Source: Vicinamibacterales bacterium (GTDB taxonomy: Bacteria > Acidobacteriota > Vicinamibacteria > Vicinamibacterales > UBA2999). Taken from it: a stretch of 64,000 nucleotides of DNA. The position numbers were made by a program, and so were the translations under genes. Below the pieces are notes generated by a model. The model was not told where the DNA came from, searched no databases, and saw nothing but the letters and a program-made list of their open reading frames with translations. This document shows, one piece after another, positions 9,633 to 18,466 of this stretch. The stretch covers positions 138-64,137 of the forward strand of contig JBFWOG010000018.1 of the NCBI GenBank assembly GCA_050250645.1. Direction: 5' to 3'. Numbering within the stretch: position 1 is the stretch's first letter; each line of letters starts with the position of its first letter.

Positions 9633-11576
9633 ATGGTCTTCCTGAGCCTCGCGTTCCTGTTCGCCGCCCTCTTCGGGGCCTACGCCTACGGCGCCGCGAC
9701 GGTCCTGTCGCTGCGCAGCCGGGGACCGGTGTGGTCGGCGCCGCGCGATGCGGGGGACGCGGGCCGGCGGCTCGACACGCCGTCGCTGGCGCTCTTCGTG
9801 CTCTCCACCGCGTGGTTCGTCCTCGTGGCCCTCGAGGAGTTCCTCGGGCTCGTGGGCCGCCCGGGGGACGGGTGGCTCGACGTGCTGACGCTGATGCTGG
9901 CGTTCTGGTTCCCGCCGCTCATCATGCACACGGTCTACCGCGAGAGCCAGTACCACCTCGGCACCGCGGGCGCGGCCTGGCGGCGGATCCTGCTCGCGGC
10001 CCACGTGGTCTCCCCCGCCATCGGCCTCTATCTCGGCGCGGCCGTCGTCGGCCTCCTCCCCCTGCCGCCCTCGCCGAACGCCTCCATCGGGCTCGGCATC
10101 GCCCTCGCCTTCACCTTCGCCAGCGTCTACTGCACCCTGCTGATGTACCGCCGCCGGCCGTCGCAGCCGTCGGCGCTGGAGCGGCGGACGCGGCTGACCA
10201 TGGCGACGCTCTTCGCGGTGATGACGGCCTTCATGCTCGGCCTCGTGTTCCTCCGGGAGGGCCAGCTGATGGTGGCGGTGCTGCAGCGGCTCATGAAGGC
10301 CGCGCCCCTCTACTTCCTCGTCGCGTCGGTGTACCTCGAGAACCGCTTCGAGTTCTACGACCTGGTGGTGAAGCGCGGGGTGATGATGGTGGCGAGCCTG
10401 GCGGTGGTGGGCGGCATGCTGGCCATCGCGCTGCCCTGGCTCGACGGCCTGCCGGCCGGCCCGGTCCGCCCCTGGCTCTTCGCGGTGGCGCTGCTCCCGG
10501 CGGCGCTGCTGCTGCCGGCCCTGCACGCCACGATGGGGCGATGGCTCGACCGCGCGTGGTTCGGCCGCGAATTCACGCCCGTCGACGCGGTGAAGCACGT
10601 GCTCGCGGGCATGCAGCCCGCCACCGACGAGCCGTCGCTCGTGCTGGCGACCGAGACGCGGCTGGCCGAGATCTTCGGCGCGCCCGTGGCCGTGCTGGTG
10701 GACGCGCGCGAGGCGCCGGCCGGCGCGGCGATCGAGGCCGAGGTGGCCTCGCCGAGCCCGGTGTCGCGGACGCCCGTGCGCATCGCGATCCTGCGGCAGC
10801 CCGGCGCGCGCACGATCCTCAGCGAAGACCTCGGGCTGCTCCGCTCGCTGGCGAGCGTGTTCGGCTTCATGCTGGAGAACGTGCGGCTGCAGCGCAAGCG
10901 CCTGGAGCAGGAGCAGGTCGCGCAGGACCTGCGGCTCCAGACGAGCCGGTCGGAGCTGAAGGCCCTGCGCGCCCAGATCAACCCGCACTTCCTCTTCAAC
11001 GCCCTCAACGCGATCGCCTCGCTGATCCACACCGACCCCGCCCGCGCCGACCTGGCGGTGGAGCAGCTCGCCGAGGTCTTCCGCTACACGCTCCGCCGGT
11101 CCGAGAGCGAGTGGGCCCCGCTCGACCAGGAGCTCGCCTTCGCGCGCGCGTACCTCGACGTGGAACAGGCGCGCTTCGGCGCGCGGCTCGCCTACGGCGT
11201 GGACGCCGACGACGCGGCCCTGCGCCTCGAAGGCGGCGGCCTGCTGCGCGGCATCCAGGTGCCGTCGATGCTGCTGCAGACGCTCGTGGAGAACGCCGTC
11301 AAGCACGGCATCTCGCCCGCGCGCGGCGCGGGCCGCATCGACATCCACGTGCGCGCGCTCAGTGACCGCGTGGTGGTGGAGGTGCGCAACACCGGCCCCG
11401 GGCCGGACGCGCCGCCCGGCACGCCGCGGGGCGGCGAGGGCTTCGGCCTGCGGAGCGTGCACGACCGGCTCCGCGGACACTTCGGCGACCTCGCCTCGCT
11501 CACCCTCGAGCGCGAGGACGGGACCGGCATGACCGTCGCGCGCATCACCATGCCGCGCGTCGGCGTGCACGCATGA
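9633..11576 (+). CDS. Multi-TM LytS/YehU-family sensor histidine kinase
   Basis: Many TM helices; ELKALRAQINPHFLFNALN H-box; LQTLVENAVKHG, NTGPG and GFGLRSV motifs; AGGA RBS before ATG 9633. Confidence 0.92.
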   Translation: MVFLSLAFLFAALFGAYAYGAATVLSLRSRGPVWSAPRDAGDAGRRLDTPSLALFVLSTAWFVLVALEEFLGLVGRPGDGWLDVLTLMLAFWFPPLIMHTVYRESQYHLGTAGAAWRRILLAAHVVSPAIGLYLGAAVVGLLPLPPSPNASIGLGIALAFTFASVYCTLLMYRRRPSQPSALERRTRLTMATLFAVMTAFMLGLVFLREGQLMVAVLQRLMKAAPLYFLVASVYLENRFEFYDLVVKRGVMMVASLAVVGGMLAIALPWLDGLPAGPVRPWLFAVALLPAALLLPALHATMGRWLDRAWFGREFTPVDAVKHVLAGMQPATDEPSLVLATETRLAEIFGAPVAVLVDAREAPAGAAIEAEVASPSPVSRTPVRIAILRQPGARTILSEDLGLLRSLASVFGFMLENVRLQRKRLEQEQVAQDLRLQTSRSELKALRAQINPHFLFNALNAIASLIHTDPARADLAVEQLAEVFRYTLRRSESEWAPLDQELAFARAYLDVEQARFGARLAYGVDADDAALRLEGGGLLRGIQVPSMLLQTLVENAVKHGISPARGAGRIDIHVRALSDRVVVEVRNTGPGPDAPPGTPRGGEGFGLRSVHDRLRGHFGDLASLTLEREDGTGMTVARITMPRVGVHA

Positions 11577-11586
11577 GGCCACGCGA

Positions 11587-12324
11587 ATGATCAGGACGGT
11601 GATCGTGGACGACGAGCAGCCGGCGCGCGCCCGGCTCCGGCAGCTCCTCGCCGCGCACGACGACGTGGAGGTCGTGGGCGAGGCCGAGGACGGCGTCCAG
11701 GCCATCGAGCAGGTCGCCGCGCTCGCGCCGGACCTCGTGGTGCTCGACATCCAGATGCCGGGCTGCGGCGGTCTCGAGGTCGCCGCGTCGCTCGGCCGCC
11801 CGCGGCCCGCCGTCATCTTCTGCACCGCCTTCGACCAGTACGCGGTCGACGCCTTCGAGCTGCACGCCGCGGACTACCTGCTGAAGCCCGTGAACCGGGC
11901 GCGGCTCGCGGCGGCGCTGGACCACGTGCGCGACCGGCGGGCCACGCGCGCCCGGGAGAGCGGGCTCGACCGGCTGTCCCGCGCGGACGGACTCGCGCCG
12001 GCACGCTTCCTCGCGCGCAAGGGCGCCCGGTACCGCGTGGTGCCGCGGCACGAGGTCGTGGCCTTCACCTTCGACGAGGGCCTGACCCGCCTCCACACCG
12101 CCACCGAGCAGCTGTGGATGCAGCCGACACTCGCCGCCCTCGCGCGCCGCCTGGATCCCCGGGACTTCGTCCAGGTGTCGCGCACCGCCATCGTCAGCCT
12201 CGACGGCGTCCGCGAGGCGAAGCCGTTCCCGGACGGCACGGGCGAGGTGATCCTCACGAGCGGCCTGGCGCTGCCGGTGACCCGGCGCCGATGGCGCGCG
12301 CTCCTCGACCGCCTCGAGGGGTAA
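11587..12324 (+). CDS. LytTR-family response regulator
   Basis: REC domain (VDDE, LDIQMP, FCTAF..DYLLKP) plus LytTR domain (FVQVSRTAIV, LPVTRRR). Confidence 0.93.
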   Translation: MIRTVIVDDEQPARARLRQLLAAHDDVEVVGEAEDGVQAIEQVAALAPDLVVLDIQMPGCGGLEVAASLGRPRPAVIFCTAFDQYAVDAFELHAADYLLKPVNRARLAAALDHVRDRRATRARESGLDRLSRADGLAPARFLARKGARYRVVPRHEVVAFTFDEGLTRLHTATEQLWMQPTLAALARRLDPRDFVQVSRTAIVSLDGVREAKPFPDGTGEVILTSGLALPVTRRRWRALLDRLEG

Positions 12325-12378
12325 CGCGGCCGAATTCGCTGCCAGACCCGCGGGCAACGGCGGTACACTGCGGACAAA

Positions 12379-14634
12379 GTGCCCGAGTCCCAGTGGATCG
12401 CCGCGGTCTACCTCGTTCAGGCGGCCGGGGCGCTGCTCGTGGCGGTCCTGTGCCGGCTGCTCCACCGCCGCGCCGCGCGGCCCTTCCTGCTCGACTGGTC
12501 GGTGAGCTGGCTGGCGCTGGCCGTCTTCGGCGTGACGGGCCTGGTCACGGCGACGGTCGCGGCATCGCTGCCCCCGGCACACCCCGCCCGCGTCGCCTTG
12601 ACGGTCGCCGCGGTCGGCGCCAAGTGGTCCCAGGTCGCCTGGCTCCTCCTCGGCGCGCGCCTCCTCGCCGGCCAGCCGACCCGCCTGCGGCGCCACTGGT
12701 GGCGCGTCGCCGCCGCGATCGCGGTGTGGGCGCTCGTCACCACGCTGGCGACGGTCTCGCTGCCCCTCGGTCCGCGGTACCTCCTCCGGGTCACGCTGCC
12801 GCAGGCGGCCGGCGCGGCCGGGTTCGCCTGGGCGGCGTGGCTCGTGTGGCGACACGCCCCGGCCCGGAGCATCGGCCGGCTCCTGCTCGTCACGATGTTC
12901 GTCCTCTACGCGCTCACCGACCTGCGCTACGCGGTCACCGGCGCGTGGCAGCTCGTCGCGCCCGGGGTCAGCGACCCGCCGTGGGCCGCCCTCTTCGACG
13001 TCTTCATCCACGCCGGCGCGGCCGTCGGCATCTGCACGCTGCTCTTCGACGAGGAGGCCGACCGCCGCGAGGCCGGCCTGGCGCGCGAGGAGGCGACGAT
13101 GGCCGCGCTCCGCGGCCGCGAGCAGCGGGACCGCCTCGTGCTCGACGAGCTGGGCGAGATCATCTATCGCGTGACGCCGGTGCGGGACGGCGACCCGCGC
13201 ACCTGGAGCCTCACCTTCATCAACCGGCGCGGCGAGGCGCTCGTCGGGATGACCGGCGGCCGGCTCGATGCCGAGTCGTGGGCCGCCCGCATCCACCCGG
13301 ACGACCGCGGGCGCGTCCAGGCCTCGACGACGGCCCTGCTCGGCTCCACCCAGCCAGCCACGCGCAGCTACCGCGTCGTGCATGCCGTCACGGGCGCGAC
13401 GCTCTCGATCGAGGAGCGGGTCCTGCCCGACGTGCACGCCGACGGCACGGTCGTCGGGCTCTACGTCGTCGCCCGCGACGCCACCACGGCGCGGGCGGCC
13501 GAGGACGCCCTGCGGCGGGGGCACGAGCAGCTGGCGCGCGCCGAGCGACTCGACGCGGTCGGCCGCCTGGCCGGCGGGCTCGCGCAGGACTTCAACAACC
13601 TGCTGACGACCATCACCGGGTACGCGACCCTCGTGCAGGCGGCCCTGCCCGAGGGCAGCCCCGCGACGCGCGACGCCGAGGGCCTGATCCGCGCGGCCAC
13701 GCGCGCCGCAGACCTCACCCGGCAGCTCCAGGTGTTCGGGGGGCGGCAGCCCACCCACGGGCGGCCGATCGAGATCAATGCCGTCGTCGCCGGCGTGGCC
13801 CCGATGCTCGGCCGCCTCCTGTCGGCGCGCATCGTGCTCGACACGGCGCTCGGGTCCGCCGTGCCCGCCGTCGAGGCCGAGCGCGGGCACATCGAGCAGG
13901 TCCTCCTGCACTTCGCCGTGAACGCCCGGCCGCGGACCGCCACGGGAGGCCGCCTCACGCTGAGCACGCGGATCGCCGACGGCGTCGACGCGGAGCTCCT
14001 CGGCGACCACGACCCGGCCGGCGGCGAGGGCTGGGTCACGCTCGAAATCGCGGGCCAGGGCCTCGCCGTCGACCCGTCACTGCTGCCGGCGATCTTCGCC
14101 CCCGTCACCGGGGGCGGGCCGTCGAAGCCGGGGGGCCGCCAGCCGCGCCTGTCGATCGGCAGCCCCGGCGACGATCGCGTCGCCGTGTCGATCTTCTTCC
14201 CCGTGGCCGCGACGCCCCAGGCCGGCCCGGCGCAGGACCTGTCGGCGCTGCCCGAGCGCCCCGGCGGCGGCACGATCCTGGTGGTCGAGGACGACGAGGC
14301 GGTCCGCGAGCTGGTCGTCGACATCCTCACGCGGGACGGCTACCGGACGATCGAGGCGGGGCACGGCCAGGCCGCGATCGACGAGCTGGAGCGGCGGCGG
14401 CAGCGGATCGACCTGGTCCTGAGCGACGTCGTGATGCCGGGGATGTCGGGGCCGGAGCTGGTGCGCCGGATCAAGCGGCGGCGACCGGACATCCCCGTCC
14501 TCTACATGACGGGCTACGCCGAGCCGAACCCCGCGGACGCCGCGGCACTGGCGGCCGCGCCCGTGCTCCAGAAGCCGTTCACCCCCAAGGCGCTCAGCGA
14601 CGCGGTGCTGCAGGCCCTGGCCGGCCCACGCTGA
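12379..14634 (+). CDS. Membrane PAS hybrid histidine-kinase-like protein with degenerate DHp/ATPase and intact receiver (pseudokinase)
   Basis: About 7 TM helices, PAS (IHPDDR), LAGGLAQDFNNLL (His->Gln), eroded N/G1/F/G2 boxes, REC with EDD/D/T/K intact. Confidence 0.85.
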   Translation: MPESQWIAAVYLVQAAGALLVAVLCRLLHRRAARPFLLDWSVSWLALAVFGVTGLVTATVAASLPPAHPARVALTVAAVGAKWSQVAWLLLGARLLAGQPTRLRRHWWRVAAAIAVWALVTTLATVSLPLGPRYLLRVTLPQAAGAAGFAWAAWLVWRHAPARSIGRLLLVTMFVLYALTDLRYAVTGAWQLVAPGVSDPPWAALFDVFIHAGAAVGICTLLFDEEADRREAGLAREEATMAALRGREQRDRLVLDELGEIIYRVTPVRDGDPRTWSLTFINRRGEALVGMTGGRLDAESWAARIHPDDRGRVQASTTALLGSTQPATRSYRVVHAVTGATLSIEERVLPDVHADGTVVGLYVVARDATTARAAEDALRRGHEQLARAERLDAVGRLAGGLAQDFNNLLTTITGYATLVQAALPEGSPATRDAEGLIRAATRAADLTRQLQVFGGRQPTHGRPIEINAVVAGVAPMLGRLLSARIVLDTALGSAVPAVEAERGHIEQVLLHFAVNARPRTATGGRLTLSTRIADGVDAELLGDHDPAGGEGWVTLEIAGQGLAVDPSLLPAIFAPVTGGGPSKPGGRQPRLSIGSPGDDRVAVSIFFPVAATPQAGPAQDLSALPERPGGGTILVVEDDEAVRELVVDILTRDGYRTIEAGHGQAAIDELERRRQRIDLVLSDVVMPGMSGPELVRRIKRRRPDIPVLYMTGYAEPNPADAAALAAAPVLQKPFTPKALSDAVLQALAGPR

Positions 14635-14676
14635 GCTGGCGGCGCGGCAAGGCCCGCCGCCGCTATAATCCCCGCC

Positions 14677-15846
14677 ATGCCAAGCCGACGCGACGCCCTC
14701 ACTGCCGCCGGCCGCCTGGGCCTCGCCGCCGCGGTCTCGAGGCTGGCGCCCGCGCCCCTGCTCTTCGCGCAGGCCCCCGCGGCGACGTACGGCAAGGATC
14801 ACCTCATCCGCCATTCGACGCGCCCGCCGGACTACGAGACGCCGGTCCGGCTGCTGGACTCGTTCATCACGCCGGCCGAGCACTTCTACACGCGGTCGCA
14901 CATGAGCATCCCGTCCGCCGACCCGGCGGCGTGGACGCTGACGATTGGCGGGCTCGTCGACCGGCCGGTCGCGCTCTCGCTGGCCGACCTCCGCGGGATG
15001 CCCCAGGCCACCGTGACGGTGACGCTCGAGTGCGCGGGCAACGGGCGGGCCTTCTTCGATCCGCCCGTCGCCGGCATCCAGTGGGCGCGCGGCGCGGTCG
15101 GCACGGCGCGCTGGACCGGCGTCCGCATGGCCGACCTGCTGGCGCGCGCCGGCGTCCGTCCCGCCGGCGCCTTCGTCACGATGAACGGCGGCGACCGCCC
15201 GTTCGGCACGCAGCCCGACTTCGTCCGGCAGGTGCCGATGGCCAAGGCCATGCACCCCGACACCCTCGTCGCGCTCGAGATGAACGGCGCGCCGATCCCG
15301 CAGGTCCACGGCTTCCCGCTGCGCGCCATCATCCCGGGCTGGGAGGGCGCCTACGCGGTGAAGTGGCTGACGGAGCTGTCGGTGCTCGACCGCGAGTTCG
15401 ACGGCTTCTGGGTGCAGACCGCCTACCGCTACCCGAAGCGCCAGGTGGCGCCCGGCACCGCGGTCCCGGCGGACGGCATGACGGCGCTGGCCGGGCTGGC
15501 GGTGAAGTCGCTCATCACCCGCCCGCTCGACGGCGCGGCATTCGCGCCCGGCCCGGTCGACGTGGCCGGCTTCGCGTGGGCCGGCGAGGCCGACATCGCC
15601 CGCGTCGACATCTCGGTGGACAACGGCGCCACGTGGCGCCCCGCGCGCCTGACGGGCGAACAGGCGAAGTACACCTGGCGGCGCTTCGAGTACGAGTTCG
15701 TCGCGCGCGAGGCGCAGTCGTACCTCGTGATGGCCAGGGCGACCGACAGCACGGGCGCGGTGCAGCCCGCCGCCCCCCGCTGGAACCCGTCCGGGTACCT
15801 CTGGAACGTGCCCGACCGCGTCCGCATCGAGGTGGGACCGCGATGA
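14677..15846 (+). CDS. Sulfite-oxidase-family molybdoenzyme (SorA/SoxC-like), Tat-exported
   Basis: SRRDAL Tat motif; FYTRSH, LECAGNGR, HGFPLR..PGW.G..VKWL motifs; C-terminal dimerisation domain with RATD..G..QP..WN..GY. Confidence 0.92.
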   Translation: MPSRRDALTAAGRLGLAAAVSRLAPAPLLFAQAPAATYGKDHLIRHSTRPPDYETPVRLLDSFITPAEHFYTRSHMSIPSADPAAWTLTIGGLVDRPVALSLADLRGMPQATVTVTLECAGNGRAFFDPPVAGIQWARGAVGTARWTGVRMADLLARAGVRPAGAFVTMNGGDRPFGTQPDFVRQVPMAKAMHPDTLVALEMNGAPIPQVHGFPLRAIIPGWEGAYAVKWLTELSVLDREFDGFWVQTAYRYPKRQVAPGTAVPADGMTALAGLAVKSLITRPLDGAAFAPGPVDVAGFAWAGEADIARVDISVDNGATWRPARLTGEQAKYTWRRFEYEFVAREAQSYLVMARATDSTGAVQPAAPRWNPSGYLWNVPDRVRIEVGPR

Positions 15847-16382
15847 GGCGGGTGCGCCGCGTCTGTGCTCCACGCCGGTGCGGTACGGCGGTGCGCGTGG
15901 CGTTCGCGCTGGCGATCGGGCTCGCCGCGGCGCCGGTCGCCGCGCAGGAACTGCCCGCGGGCGAGGGGCGCGAGGTGGCGGCCGCGCGGTGCCTGGTGTG
16001 CCACGAGGCCGACATCATCAGCGGGCAGCGCCTGACCACGGCCGCCTGGGGACGCGAGGTCGACAAGATGGTGCGGTGGGGCGCGCGGGTCGCCGCCGCC
16101 GAGCGCGAGCCGCTGGTGGCGTACCTCGCGGCCGCCTTCCCGGTCACGCCGGCCGCCACCCACGGCGCCGTCGACGGCGGCGAGGCCACCTACCGTTCCG
16201 CCTGCACTACGTGCCATGACGACGACATGGTGGATGGACAGCGGCTGTCGCCCGCGGGCTGGGCGCGCGAGGTGGACAAGATGATCCGCTGGGGCGCGCG
16301 GGTCGCCGACGCCGACAAGGCGGCGCTCGTGAACTACCTGGTCGCGCGCGCCGCGGCGCGGGCGGCTACGCCAGGGCGGTGA
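15843..16382 (+). CDS. Diheme c-type cytochrome (two duplicated SorB-like domains)
   Basis: CLVCH and CTTCH, each followed by GQRL...W.REVDKM.RWGA; ATGA overlap with the oxidase stop. Confidence 0.88.
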   Translation: MRRVRRVCAPRRCGTAVRVAFALAIGLAAAPVAAQELPAGEGREVAAARCLVCHEADIISGQRLTTAAWGREVDKMVRWGARVAAAEREPLVAYLAAAFPVTPAATHGAVDGGEATYRSACTTCHDDDMVDGQRLSPAGWAREVDKMIRWGARVADADKAALVNYLVARAAARAATPGR

Positions 16383-17112
16383 CGACTTCCGGGCCGCCGG
16401 CCGTGATGATGAGCGTGTGCTCGTAGTGGACGGCGGTGGCGCCGTTGTGGGTCGCGATCGTCCACCCATCGTCGGCATGCACGGCGCGCGCCTTCCTGGC
16501 TGCGAACAGCGGCTCGATGGTGATCACGAGGCCCTCGGTGAGCCGGTCGCGCTGGAAGGGCACGAAGTGGTTGGGCACCTCCGGCGGCTCGTGGATCGTC
16601 CGGCCCACGCCGTGCCCGCAGAGCTCCCGGATCACCGCGAAGCCGTCGCGCCGCGCGCGGCGCTCCACCGCGTGGCCGATGCGGTTGACGCGCTCGCCGA
16701 CGGCGGCGACCGCCAGCGCGTCGTAGAAGGCGCCGCGGGCCGACAGGCGCAGCCGCTCGGCCTCGGGCGGGGCGGGCGGCACGATCACGGTGTCGGCGGC
16801 GTCGGCGATGTATCCGTCGAGTTCCGCGGTGACATCGAGCTTCAGCACGTCGCCGGGGACCAGGGCCCGCTCGCGCGGGACGCCGTGCACGATCTCCTCG
16901 TTGACGCTGATGCAGTTGCACCCCGGGAAGTCGTAGACCATGCGGGGCGCCGACCGCGCCCCGCGGCGCGCCAGGACGGCCTCGCCGATGCGGTCGAGTT
17001 CCGCGGTGGTGATACCGGGAACGACCGCGGCGCGCATCGCCTCGAGCGCCTCGGCGACCAGCCGTCCAATCGCGCGGATGCCCGCGAGGTCCGCCGGGGT
17101 TGATATGGACAT
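16366..17112 (-). CDS. map: Methionine aminopeptidase type I
   Basis: CISVNEEIVHGVP, GDVLKLDV, GYIAD, CGHGVGRTIHEPP, ITIEP and HYEHT metal ligands. Confidence 0.96.
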   Translation of the reverse strand: MSISTPADLAGIRAIGRLVAEALEAMRAAVVPGITTAELDRIGEAVLARRGARSAPRMVYDFPGCNCISVNEEIVHGVPRERALVPGDVLKLDVTAELDGYIADAADTVIVPPAPPEAERLRLSARGAFYDALAVAAVGERVNRIGHAVERRARRDGFAVIRELCGHGVGRTIHEPPEVPNHFVPFQRDRLTEGLVITIEPLFAARKARAVHADDGWTIATHNGATAVHYEHTLIITAGGPEVVTALA

Positions 17113-17148
17113 GCGCCGATTCTACCTCCGCGGCCGCGGACGAGGCCG

Positions 17149-17958
17149 ATGACGAGCCTGGCCGCCCTCGCGACGTCGTTCGTCCTGCTGTGGGTGGTGT
17201 CGCTCGTCCGCCGCGACGCGAGCATCGCCGACATCTGGTGGGGACCGGCGCAGGTGCTCGCCGTGCTGGCCGCCTGGCCGGCCGGGCCGGACGCGAGGGC
17301 CTGGCTCGTGGCCGCCCTCGTCGCCGCCTGGGCGGCGCGGCTGGCGTGGCACATCGGGAGCCGGCACGCCGGCGAGGACCCGCGCTACCAGGCGTGGCGT
17401 GATCGGCACGGCCCGCGCTGGTGGTGGCTGAGCCTCTTCCAGGTGTTCCTGCTGCAGGCCGCCGTCGCGTGGGTCGTAGCGTGGCCCGTGGCCGCCGCGC
17501 TCAACGCCGGCACGCCCCTCGGGGCCCTCGACCTCGCAGGGGTCGTCCTCGCGGCGGCGGGCCTGGCCATGGAGACGGTGGCCGACCGGCAGTTGCAGCG
17601 CCACCGCGACGCCCCCGCAACACGCGGCCGGGTGCTCGACACCGGGCTCTGGCGCTATTCGCGCCACCCGAACTACTTCGGCGAGGCCGTGTTCTGGTGG
17701 GGACTCGCCCTGGCAGGCGCGGGCGCATCGGGCGACTGGCGCGTGCTCGCCAGCCCGGTCCTGCTCACGGTGCTGCTGCTGCGCGTCTCCGGGGTCACGC
17801 TGCTCGAGGCATCGCTGCGCGCGAACCGGCCGGGATACGCCGACTACGCGCGTCGGACGCCGGCGTTCGTGCCGTGGAAGCCGGGTTCGTCAGGTTCGAC
17901 GGGTTCGTCAGGTTCGACGGGTTCGACAGGTTCGTCGGGTTCGACTCGCGCGTTCTAG
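17149..17958 (+). CDS. DUF1295 / steroid-5-alpha-reductase-like membrane protein
   Basis: SIADIWWG, EDPRY, ETVADRQL, TGLWRYSRHPNYFGE and Y..Y..RTPAFVPW motifs; C-tail encoded by the repeat array. Confidence 0.92.
   Translation: MTSLAALATSFVLLWVVSLVRRDASIADIWWGPAQVLAVLAAWPAGPDARAWLVAALVAAWAARLAWHIGSRHAGEDPRYQAWRDRHGPRWWWLSLFQVFLLQAAVAWVVAWPVAAALNAGTPLGALDLAGVVLAAAGLAMETVADRQLQRHRDAPATRGRVLDTGLWRYSRHPNYFGEAVFWWGLALAGAGASGDWRVLASPVLLTVLLLRVSGVTLLEASLRANRPGYADYARRTPAFVPWKPGSSGSTGSSGSTGSTGSSGSTRAF
17884..17946 (+). repeat. 9-bp array, GGTTCG subtype (7 units), inside the DUF1295 3' end
   Basis: In frame; encodes GSS GST GSS GST GST GSS GST. Confidence 0.95.
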
Positions 17959-17967
17959 AATGGCGAC

Positions 17968-18453
17968 ATGGCCGAACGCGCGCGACCGGGGCTCGCAGCC
18001 CTCATCCTGCTGGTGATCTTCGGGACCAGTGCGGCCCTGTGGCCCCGCCTGGCCACGCTCGGGAGCCGGCCGGTGGACGGCGCGCTCGCGGCGCATGCGC
18101 CCGCGCTTACCGCCCGGACCGCCGCGCCTCCCACGGCCGTGCCCGATGCGGGAGCCCTGGCGGGGCCCCTGCGCCAGCCCCGCGCGCGCGCCGTGCGGCT
18201 CGCCGGGTCGACGCGTGCCCTGCCTCTCTCGGCCTGGTCCGATGCCGCGGCGCCCCAGAGCCCCGCAGCCGTGCTCGCCGACGCCGCGCTCGACGCGCGC
18301 CCGGCCTTCGTCCTGGCCGCCCTTCCGTCAGTCGCCCCGGCGGCGCCTGCGCCGGCACCCGGCATCGGACACCGGTTCGCGCGCGCCGGCCGCTCGCTCG
18401 CCTCGGCGTTCGTCAAGACGGGCGACGCGTTCGCGGACGCCTTCCAGAAGTAG
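17968..18453 (+). CDS. Hypothetical membrane-anchored Ala/Pro-rich protein with an amphipathic C-terminal helix
   Basis: N-terminal TM; TAGAAT 6 nt before ATG; C-terminus FARAGRSLASAFVKTGDAFADAFQK. Confidence 0.6.
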   Translation: MAERARPGLAALILLVIFGTSAALWPRLATLGSRPVDGALAAHAPALTARTAAPPTAVPDAGALAGPLRQPRARAVRLAGSTRALPLSAWSDAAAPQSPAAVLADAALDARPAFVLAALPSVAPAAPAPAPGIGHRFARAGRSLASAFVKTGDAFADAFQK

Positions 18454-18466
18454 GCGGCGCGGGCCC

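Noticed and set aside
16366-16382. Short tail-to-tail overlaps of convergent genes (also 23051-23064 and 48012-48015)
   Set aside because: Ordinary in compact GC-rich genomes; nothing indicates antisense regulation.
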